From Casimicrobiaceae bacterium (lineage in GTDB: Bacteria; Pseudomonadota; Gammaproteobacteria; Burkholderiales; Casimicrobiaceae): a stretch of 64,000 nucleotides of DNA. A program made the translations under genes and the position numbers. The stretch lies in contig DASZIB010000059.1 of the NCBI GenBank assembly GCA_035937415.1, forward strand, positions 13,199 through 77,198, in the 5' to 3' direction. Under the pieces are notes generated by a model. That model ran no database searches, was not told the origin of the DNA, and was given only the letters and a program-made list of their open reading frames with translations. Positions within the stretch are counted from its first letter, which is position 1. Each line of letters opens with the position of its first letter. This document shows, one piece after another, positions 17,703-25,316 of this stretch.

Positions 17703-18041
17703 TCATACGCCGGCGAGCGCATCGGTTTTGGCTGCCATGATGAAGTCATTTTCGTGGAGGCCCTTTATTTTCTTGGTTTGCCAGGAGACCTTGGCCCAGC
17801 CCCAGCCGAAGCAGATATCGGGGTGATGGCCTTCGCTTTCCGCCAGGTCGCCGATCTTGGCAACGAAGTCCATGGCTTCCTTGAAGTTCTTGAAGCGAAA
17901 AGCTCGTTCGATACCGCGTCCCTCGTCCACCAATGCCCAACTCGGCGTTCTCACCAAATAGCTTTCCGCTTCGGCCTTCGTCAGCGGCGGAACACCGCCG
18001 CGGCATGGTGTACAGGTCTTGGACAGAAGATCGGCGCTCAT
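17703..18041 (-). CDS. phhB: Pterin-4-alpha-carbinolamine dehydratase
   Basis: 112 aa. C.PC....L...E motif and FKNFKEAMDFVAKIGDLAESEGHHPDI, characteristic of PCD/DCoH. Confidence 0.9.
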   Translation of the reverse strand: MSADLLSKTCTPCRGGVPPLTKAEAESYLVRTPSWALVDEGRGIERAFRFKNFKEAMDFVAKIGDLAESEGHHPDICFGWGWAKVSWQTKKIKGLHENDFIMAAKTDALAGV

Positions 18042-18084
18042 CGTCTAGCCCTCGTCAGAATGGAGGCTTGCCCGCAGCAAAAGT

Positions 18085-19002
18085 TCATCCGGCTGGCGCA
18101 GCCTCGAGGGACGGGCGATCCCAATGCCCATGCTCGGCCGCCGCCTGGTAGCTGCTTTGGAGAAACGCGAGCAGTTTCTCCTCCGGAGCATCCGCCGCGG
18201 ACACGGCGGCATACGGCAAAACAAACTCGTGTAGCGAAGCATCATACCGGGCCTCGGCCGGTTGCACTCGCGCGCCAGCGAAACCGACGGGCTCCGGGTA
18301 GGCATAGCTGTAGAAAAGGGGATAGGGTGCCTGCGCCCCGCCCGGCCAGAAACCGCAGCTGCTCACCTCGTGCGAATAGGCATCGCGAGTCACCCGATCC
18401 GGAAGGTTGGGAACGCCGCCTGGATGGGGTGGTGCGGTGCGACCCGAAAAGCGGGTGACCGCGAGATCGAAGCTGCCCCAGAAGAAGTGCACGGGGCTGG
18501 CCTTGCCGCAAAAGCCCGACCGGAACCGCCAGAACACCGCCGCAGACGAACAGATGATGCGCCAGCAGCGCTGCGCATATTCGGCGTCGTAGGCGCGATG
18601 TTGCACGTCGGTGTCGAACGCTACTCGACTCGGCACTTCCACGGGTTGGCGATAGATCTGCACGGGCATTCCGACTGCCGCCAGCGCCGCCATCACCGCA
18701 TGATAGAAATCGGCGACCGTCATCGGGACCAGGGCGATGCTGCGCCGCGCGCCGCGGCTCGTTTGCACGTCAAGTTCATGAGCGACGAAATCGAAATCGA
18801 TTTGCAGCTGTGCGTCGGCATACGGCATGGTGCCGGTAGTGAGGCCACGCGCGGTGGGATAGAGCGTCACCTGCCAGCAGTGGTTGAGCCAGGGCATGCG
18901 GGCGAGCCGGATCTTGCCCACGATCTGCGTCCACATGTGCAGCGTTTCGTAAGTGTCCTTCCACGCTTCATATGGAAGGGTGGGCCACGCGGCATTCGTC
19001 AT
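18085..19002 (-). CDS. Conserved hypothetical protein (resembles DUF5996 family, assignment from memory)
   Basis: 305 aa, non-repetitive and well-balanced composition (WPTLPYEAWKDTYETLHMWTQIVGKIRL...). It starts 16 nt after the upstream stop. Confidence 0.6.
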   Translation of the reverse strand: MTNAAWPTLPYEAWKDTYETLHMWTQIVGKIRLARMPWLNHCWQVTLYPTARGLTTGTMPYADAQLQIDFDFVAHELDVQTSRGARRSIALVPMTVADFYHAVMAALAAVGMPVQIYRQPVEVPSRVAFDTDVQHRAYDAEYAQRCWRIICSSAAVFWRFRSGFCGKASPVHFFWGSFDLAVTRFSGRTAPPHPGGVPNLPDRVTRDAYSHEVSSCGFWPGGAQAPYPLFYSYAYPEPVGFAGARVQPAEARYDASLHEFVLPYAAVSAADAPEEKLLAFLQSSYQAAAEHGHWDRPSLEAAPAG

Positions 19003-19018
19003 GGTTTATCCGAACGGG

Positions 19019-19984
19019 TTAGGAACACTGCAGCGAAGCACCGAAATCGTGCTTCAGGAAATCTTCCAATGCCGCGTTGTCCGCAAGGCGCGCCGACAAC
19101 ACGACGTCATGGTCACGGCGGTTTGATTGCCAGAAAAAATCTCCCTGTTCATGCTCCCGAATGATCGCGATCATCCTGCGCACGACTGCGATGCACATGT
19201 CGATGTTGGCGCCCTTCCGCACTTCGATGAGCTGCGGGGTCCTGCGGCCCATGTCCTTGTTCCAGCCATAGAAGAGAAACGCAGCATCGTCGTAGGTGAC
19301 GCGCGTTACTTCAAAAACGCCACCCCCTCTTTGTTTGTCGCGTTGGGTGGCGGCACCGGTAGCCGCGGCGGGGAGGTTGGCCGCCAGGCTGGCGTTGAGG
19401 TCGGCGGGCGGGTTAGCGGTGTCGGCCCCGGCCGGCTCGCCGCGCTCACGCCGGCGTGCCTGCATGTAGGACCACATGTCGCTGTTGATGGGCGGGCTCG
19501 GCCGCGGTGGCGCCGGAACGGGCGGCGCCGGGACCGATGGCGTGGGGAAGGCCGGTGCCGTCGCCGGGGCGGCTAACACCACCGGGGGCGGGGATTTGCG
19601 CTGCGGCGGCGTGGTCGCGCGCGGTGGCGGTTTCGCAAGCAGCACTTCGCGTGCCGGCTCGGGCGCCGGGACGGGCACCGGCCTGGGAATGGCGGCCAGG
19701 CGTACCTGCAACCGGTCCTTGGCCAGCTCGTCCCCCTCGTCCGCGGGCGCCAACAGGCGCGTGTCCTGCAACACGAAGAGCAGCGCGGCAGCGTGAACCA
19801 GCAACGAGACCGCGATCGTCACCCAGACCCTGCGGACCTGGACAAATTCGTGCTGGTCGCGCGCTTCGTCGAACCAATGCTTCATCGGGCGGTCGATCCG
19901 GCGCGCCGCCGGGGGCGGCGGTGCTGGAGCGGCTGTTGCGTCGCCCTTTTTGACCGGCAATAGCTCGCGCAAATCCTGGTCCAT
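19019..19984 (-). CDS. Membrane-anchored proline-rich protein with TonB-like architecture but a non-TonB C-terminal domain
   Basis: One TM segment (VWVTIAVSLLVHAAALLFVL), a Pro/Ala-rich linker (PRPVPVPAPEP...PSVPAPPVPAPPRPSPP), then a ~120-aa globular C-terminus (GGGVFEVTRVTYDDAAFLFYGWNKDMG...). The start is uncertain (ATG 19984, 19999 or 19885; ORF track 20113). Confidence 0.6.
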   Translation of the reverse strand: MDQDLRELLPVKKGDATAAPAPPPPAARRIDRPMKHWFDEARDQHEFVQVRRVWVTIAVSLLVHAAALLFVLQDTRLLAPADEGDELAKDRLQVRLAAIPRPVPVPAPEPAREVLLAKPPPRATTPPQRKSPPPVVLAAPATAPAFPTPSVPAPPVPAPPRPSPPINSDMWSYMQARRRERGEPAGADTANPPADLNASLAANLPAAATGAATQRDKQRGGGVFEVTRVTYDDAAFLFYGWNKDMGRRTPQLIEVRKGANIDMCIAVVRRMIAIIREHEQGDFFWQSNRRDHDVVLSARLADNAALEDFLKHDFGASLQCS

Positions 19985-20187
19985 TCCCGATTTTCGCATA
20001 GGCGGCCATCCGGCAGCCCCTGCGGCGACGGGCCGGGCGCCTCTGCTGAGGCGGCGTGATAGTCGCGCATGCGGGCGATCCCACAACCGGGACGCGCCTT
20101 TAGGACGCGGCACCGTGGTCCACTCCTGGCTATGCCGGCACCAACCCGCCCCCCGCGGCGACCCCGCCCGCCGAGCCGGAAAGTCGC

Positions 20188-21012
20188 CTACACAAGTTCC
20201 TTGGTGCGGAAACGCCAGATGGCGAGCAGCAGCATGATGGCCACAAAGTCAAACGCGTACAGACTCAGAAGCGCGACGTCCTTCCAGTCGACGAGCCTGC
20301 CCTCGAGCACATCAAAAAAGACGCCGAAATCGGAGTAGCTGGGCAGAATGAAGTACAACGGATTGGGCGGCGCATAGAAGCCGTTGCCGGCGAAGAATGC
20401 CAGGATCGAGGCAATGAGCGGATGCATGAACAGTGAGAGCAACAAGGCAAGCGAACCGAGCATGAGCTGCTCGCAGAACATGAGCCACGGCGACCACTTG
20501 ATCGCGGGGTTGAGCGCCACGCTCTGCGACTGCGCGAATGCGAAGATCGCTGCGCTCATGATGAGGGCATACCCCGCCATGACAGCCACCCCACCCAGAT
20601 ACTTCCCGAGCAGGAACTGCGTTCGCGAAACTGGCTTGGAAAGTGTCAGCCGAATCGTGCCACGACGAATCTCCGAGGCAACCGCTGTGCTGAAAATGAA
20701 CAAGGCGACGAAGCTGCCGCCCAGCGCGGTAACCTCGTAGAAGGCCGCCTGAACAACTGAAGATATCGAGCCCATCTGCTCACGGAGCTTGCGCCGATCG
20801 GATTCGCTCATGCGCTCATTGCCCTTGCCCTTGTACATATCGGCGGCGACCCGATCTTCGGAAAACGACTCGGTGACGTTCTCGCGAGCGGACTTCAGTA
20901 CAAAGGAAAAGGCGATGGTCAATGCCAGCGAGGCCAGCATCAGGCCGACCAGGAGACGTTGGTGAATCAATGCCCGAATTCCGTCGCTAGCGATAAGCAG
21001 GACGGTCTTCAC
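20188..21012 (-). CDS. ABC-2 family transporter permease (NosY-like)
   Basis: 274 aa and polytopic, with a large loop after TM1. The start overlaps the ATPase stop by 4 nt. Confidence 0.8.
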   Translation of the reverse strand: MKTVLLIASDGIRALIHQRLLVGLMLASLALTIAFSFVLKSARENVTESFSEDRVAADMYKGKGNERMSESDRRKLREQMGSISSVVQAAFYEVTALGGSFVALFIFSTAVASEIRRGTIRLTLSKPVSRTQFLLGKYLGGVAVMAGYALIMSAAIFAFAQSQSVALNPAIKWSPWLMFCEQLMLGSLALLLSLFMHPLIASILAFFAGNGFYAPPNPLYFILPSYSDFGVFFDVLEGRLVDWKDVALLSLYAFDFVAIMLLLAIWRFRTKELV

Positions 21013-21935
21013 GATCCGATGTCCTGTTTGATCGTGGAAATGAAGATTTCGTCCAGCGACTGCGCTTCATTCTCCTGGCGCAGAATCTCCACATTGTGCT
21101 CGCGCAGGATCGCCTCGACGGTCTGGCGAATGGCGTCACCCGGACAGCGGATCGTTACTTGGCCCTGAAGCAAGGTTACCTCGGCTGGCGTCGCAGCCAA
21201 CGCGCTCATTGCGAGCCCGGGTACGTCCCTGACGACGAAACGGGTGCTTCCGCCGGTCGACAGTTCCCGCAAGGTCCCGACGCGCTTGAGCGCGCCATTT
21301 TCGAGAATGGCGACTCGATCGCAGACTGATTCGACTTCCGACAGAATGTGGGAACTGATCAAGACCGACTTGCCACGGCGTTTGAGTTCGAGGAGCAGCT
21401 CGCGGAACTGAATTCGTCCCACGGGGTCGAGACTGGCAGTGGGTTCGTCGAGGATCAACAAATCCGGGTCGTGCAATAACGCCTGCGCAACGCCTATGCG
21501 CTGCGCCATGCCCTTGGAATACTTCGATACCGGCTTGTCTGCGGCGTCTTCGAGGTTCAGCAGCTTCAACACCGCCGCGACACGGTTTTCGCGTTGCTCG
21601 ATTGGAACGTCGCACAGCGCGGCGTAGAAGTTCAGCAGCGCACGCCCCCGATAGTAGGTGTGCAAATTGACCGATTCGGGCAGATAGCCCAGGCGCCGAT
21701 GGACCGCGGTTTCGGTGACAGGTCGATCAAACAGGAACGCGACCCCGCTCGTCGGGCGAATGAGATTGAGCAGCAGGTGAATGGTGCTGGTCTTGCCGGC
21801 GCCATTGGGGCCAATGAGGCCGAAGACTTCGCCCTCCTGGACCTCGAAATTCAACATCTTGACTGCAGAAGTTTCTTTTTTCCCCCAGGGCGTTTTGTAA
21901 GTCTTGCTCAAGTCCTCGGTGCGAATCGCGGACAT
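21009..21935 (-). CDS. ABC transporter ATP-binding protein
   Basis: Walker [10 protein letters not shown], signature YSKGMAQR, Walker B LLILDEPT. Confidence 0.9.
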   Translation of the reverse strand: MSAIRTEDLSKTYKTPWGKKETSAVKMLNFEVQEGEVFGLIGPNGAGKTSTIHLLLNLIRPTSGVAFLFDRPVTETAVHRRLGYLPESVNLHTYYRGRALLNFYAALCDVPIEQRENRVAAVLKLLNLEDAADKPVSKYSKGMAQRIGVAQALLHDPDLLILDEPTASLDPVGRIQFRELLLELKRRGKSVLISSHILSEVESVCDRVAILENGALKRVGTLRELSTGGSTRFVVRDVPGLAMSALAATPAEVTLLQGQVTIRCPGDAIRQTVEAILREHNVEILRQENEAQSLDEIFISTIKQDIGS

Positions 21936-21941
21936 TAAGTG

Positions 21942-22523
21942 TCATTCCTTGACGAGCCCTTCGACCCGCTTAGGCAGTTCGCTTTCGTTCGCGAAATTGC
22001 CGACCGCTATCCATTGCACGACACCATTCTTGTCGATAAGCACCGAGGTGGGTATTCCGCGCACTCCGTAAATATCGCCGACGGCTCTATCGGAGTCGAG
22101 CAGGACCGAAAACGAATATTTCTTGCGTTCAATGAAAGAGCGGACCTGATCGACGCTCTCCCCCTGGTCAATCGTCACAACCTCAAAGCCACGATCCTTG
22201 AACTTGTCCGTCAGGTCCTGAAGCCCGGGAAGCGCCGTCCGGCACGGTGCACACCAGGTCGCCCAAAAATCGATGAGCACGGCTTTTTTCCCTCGGAACG
22301 AGCTCAGCGTTACCGGTTGACCCGCCAGATCGCGCAGCGTGAAATCGGGGGCGGGCTCGCGTACCTTGACCTGCCCGAGTTCATCCACTGTTCCGGCTCC
22401 ATGGTGCATGCCGATCTTCACTTCGTAGTGAATGGCCACGCTTGCGATTGCGAACAATGCTCCCGCCACGATCCACGACAACTTGGGACCTTTTATGGCA
22501 AGCGCAGCGGCTGCAGAAGTCAT
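21942..22523 (-). CDS. TlpA/ResA-like membrane-anchored thiol:disulfide oxidoreductase
   Basis: N-terminal TM anchor plus a thioredoxin fold with FWATWCAPC active site. Its stop lies 6 nt before the ABC ATPase start. Confidence 0.85.
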   Translation of the reverse strand: MTSAAAALAIKGPKLSWIVAGALFAIASVAIHYEVKIGMHHGAGTVDELGQVKVREPAPDFTLRDLAGQPVTLSSFRGKKAVLIDFWATWCAPCRTALPGLQDLTDKFKDRGFEVVTIDQGESVDQVRSFIERKKYSFSVLLDSDRAVGDIYGVRGIPTSVLIDKNGVVQWIAVGNFANESELPKRVEGLVKE

Positions 22524-22746
22524 ACTCTGGATGCCAGGCGGACAGTGGCAGCGGCGGTGTAAATCGCGGGGGTGAATTGCCTAGCCGGCGGTGCCTATTC
22601 TGAACCGTTTGTGGGCTATTGACCAACTCAATGCGCGGCGTGATACGAAAGCACGGCGCCAGCCGCCTCTCTTGTTAAGGTCCGTGCTGATTTTCCGCGG
22701 CGCAGGTCCGCGCAAGCGCCGGAACGCAGCGCATATTGTTGCGCCG

Positions 22747-23142
22747 CTAGCCGAATTTTGCCTTCATCCGGGCCGTGAACTTCGCGATGTCGATGACCAC
22801 CCGCGCGTGGGTGCCGACTCCAATTTGCTCGGATCCGTCAGTGGCACGAATCGAGAACTCGACGCCGCGGCCATCGACCCGGGTCACTTCAGCCTCGCCG
22901 GTGACACGCCGGCCGGCCGGTGTCGCCGCCAGGTGGCGCACGTCTACGTGCGTGCCGAGCGCGCTTTCGCCAGCGTCGAGATAAGGCTTGATCGCGTTAA
23001 GCGCGGCGTTCTCCATGACCATGATCATCACTGGCGTGGCCAAAACGGGAGGCAGCGTCGCGTCCTTGAACCGACTGGCGACGTGGTCTGGAGTAACGAG
23101 TAGGCTAAACGAGCCCTTGGCCCCGACAGGTATCGATTGCAT
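22747..23142 (-). CDS. Hot-dog fold thioesterase (PaaI/FlK-like)
   Basis: 131 aa. ATPVMIMVMENAALNAIKPYL...GTHVDVRHLAATPAG..V...AEVT.VDGR, typical of small thioesterases. Confidence 0.75.
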   Translation of the reverse strand: MQSIPVGAKGSFSLLVTPDHVASRFKDATLPPVLATPVMIMVMENAALNAIKPYLDAGESALGTHVDVRHLAATPAGRRVTGEAEVTRVDGRGVEFSIRATDGSEQIGVGTHARVVIDIAKFTARMKAKFG

Positions 23143-23443
23143 AGGCGTTCCTGACCGTTGAGTGGCAAGGGTCAGCTTAATTCTTGTTGCTGCGGCTGAC
23201 TAGGGCTGCGTGCACGGGGCTTGCCATCACGGGCGCCACGGTTCAAGTACTCCTGAAATACTAGGCACGGCGTAGCTTAATGCCTAGAATTATGACCGCC
23301 ACCGAGACGGGCACTCTGATCGCGCCCGACACTGCGTGTGGGTAAGCCCCCTGCGGAGAAACCAATATGACTTCGAATCGTCGCGTCTTCACTCATGTCC
23401 CGCCGTCGGACACGCGCGACGCTGGCGACCCGGTGTTGCCTCA

Positions 23444-24595
23444 ATGAAGTGCACGCTGGTCGGCTCCCGCTTTTTTGGGGCGACGGTATTCGAAGTACTG
23501 CGCAACGATGGTGCCGAAATTGCGCGCGTTGTCGCGCCGGCGGCTGACGACCGCCTCGCGCTCGCGGCGCAGACGGCGGGCGTGCCCGTCCATCTCCTCG
23601 AGGACCCCAGGAACGTTCCGGCAGGCGCGATTGCCCACGGGACCGAATTGATCGTCGCCGCGCACACGCATGCACGCGTCAGCCAGGAAGCGCTGGCGCG
23701 CTCGCGCCTCGGCGGCATCGGCTATCACCCGTCGCTGCTGCCACGCCATCGCGGCATTGCCGCGGTGGAATGGACCATACTGGAAGGGGATCCGATTGCC
23801 GGGGGCTCGGTCTATCACCTGGCCGAGACCATGGATGCGGGCGCCATCGCCGCGCAGGACTGGTGCTTCGTCGTCAAGGGTGAGACGGCGCGCGAGTTGT
23901 GGGAGCGCGCCCTGGCGCCGATGGGCCTTGAGCTGCTGACGCGGGTCGTTCGCCACGCCCGGCAGCATGGCTCCTTGCCAGCGCACCCGCAAGACGAGCG
24001 GTTTGCCACCAAAGCGCCAATGATCCGCAGGACCGTTTCGTTGACGGAACAGGGGAAAACGTCGATCACATCGCTCGTGGCAACGGTGACCGGTCCTGAT
24101 CGCCCCGGCATCGTTAGCTTGCTCTCGGAGCGAGCGCAGGGCTTCGGTGCCAACTGGGCCGGCAGCCGCATCGCGACGCTCGCCGGCCAGTTCGCCGGCC
24201 TGGTGCATTTCGAGGTGCCGCCCGAGAATGCCGAGTCGCTGGCTGCGGTACTCGGCGGATTGGAGCCATCCGGAGTCCACGTCGCCATCGCGCATCAGGA
24301 GCAGATCCCGGTGCCTATCGGGCGCCGTGCAGTCAGGCTCGAATTGGTCGGACACGATCGGCTTGGGATCGTGAGCGAATTGTCCGGAAGCCTCGCCCGA
24401 CGCCGGGTCAGCATCGAGGATCTGCACACCGAGATCGTCGACGGTGCCACACCAGCCGAGCACCTGTTCAAGGTCAAGGCACTGCTGGTCGTCCCCGAGT
24501 CGGTTTCGAACGACGAGCTACGGCGGGCGTTGGAACCGCTTACCAAGGAAATGACGGTCGACGTTGCGCTCGGAGATACTGCAAGCGGCATCTGA
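23444..24595 (+). CDS. Fusion protein: formyltransferase-like N-terminal domain + GcvR-like tandem ACT domains
   Basis: aa 1-185 carry the Fmt/PurN-type block IGYHPSLLPRHRG...ETMDAGAI. aa 205-375 carry two ACT units (VTGPDRPGIVSLLSE..., LVGHDRLGIVSELSG...) like GcvR. ATG 23444. Confidence 0.8.
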   Translation: MKCTLVGSRFFGATVFEVLRNDGAEIARVVAPAADDRLALAAQTAGVPVHLLEDPRNVPAGAIAHGTELIVAAHTHARVSQEALARSRLGGIGYHPSLLPRHRGIAAVEWTILEGDPIAGGSVYHLAETMDAGAIAAQDWCFVVKGETARELWERALAPMGLELLTRVVRHARQHGSLPAHPQDERFATKAPMIRRTVSLTEQGKTSITSLVATVTGPDRPGIVSLLSERAQGFGANWAGSRIATLAGQFAGLVHFEVPPENAESLAAVLGGLEPSGVHVAIAHQEQIPVPIGRRAVRLELVGHDRLGIVSELSGSLARRRVSIEDLHTEIVDGATPAEHLFKVKALLVVPESVSNDELRRALEPLTKEMTVDVALGDTASGI

Positions 24596-24704
24596 TCGAA
24601 CGAGCCAACAGGTTGCTACAGGTTGGCGCGCACCTCCGCTGGCAAGGCTGCTGGCAGTGTCGGGCAAACCAGCGCAACCGCGACGGAGCTACTCGAGCGA
24701 GCGA

Positions 24705-25199
24705 TCAGAGCGGTTTCTCATAGATGGCCACGAGCGCACCGTCGTGACTGATGCGCTCCAATAGCCGCCATGCGTTACGTTCGAGCAGGCTAGCCGAAGT
24801 GCTCGTAGCACAATAGACGCGGCGAAACCCGTGCTCTCTCGCCACCGCTTCGACGCCGCTTAGGAGTCTGGTGCCAATGCCCTGTCGCCGGTATTCCGCA
24901 GGCACCAAGCCCGCGCCGGCCCACGGTCCGATGTCAGGGCGACTCGCGATTGATTGGGCTTTCAGCGCTGCGATGCCACAGAGTTCGTCGCCACGAAATG
25001 CGACCAGGCCTACCGGCAGACCTCGACCCGCTGCGTAAGCCCGCAGATCAGCGTCGGCGTTCCCGGGGCCATCACGAGCGTAGTGTGCAGGCCAGGCGGA
25101 CTCGAGCCATACCTTGAGAAGGGGCAAGAAGCTCGGGTGATCGGCCAACCGCTCGATACGAATCGTGTGGCTACTCGATGCTGGCGGGCTAGATCGCAT
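24705..25199 (-). CDS. GNAT-family N-acetyltransferase
   Basis: Acetyl-CoA binding motif RRQGIGTRLLSGVEAVAREHG. 164 aa. Confidence 0.8.
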   Translation of the reverse strand: MRSSPPASSSHTIRIERLADHPSFLPLLKVWLESAWPAHYARDGPGNADADLRAYAAGRGLPVGLVAFRGDELCGIAALKAQSIASRPDIGPWAGAGLVPAEYRRQGIGTRLLSGVEAVAREHGFRRVYCATSTSASLLERNAWRLLERISHDGALVAIYEKPL

Positions 25200-25316
25200 G
25201 GCTTATTCTGCGGCTCGCGCCGCCAAGAAGGCAACGCACAATGCGTAATGTCTGTGCACCTCGTCAACGGAAGAGAATGTCTGCCTCGAGTCGCTCGCGC
25301 GGACGCTATCGCCCCA

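Noticed and set aside
23240-23252. GGTTCAAGTACTC resembling a tRNA T-loop
   Set aside because: The flanking bases do not form a T-stem, and no acceptor, D or anticodon arms can be drawn. No tRNA gene is supported anywhere in the window.
23143-23443. ZTP (pfl), THF or glycine riboswitch upstream of the formyltransferase-like gene
   Set aside because: I looked for the conserved cores (ACUGGCG...CCGCCUGGGC; CACCGAAGGGGCAA-type glycine motifs) and found only loose fragments. The region is kept only as a generic long-leader observation.
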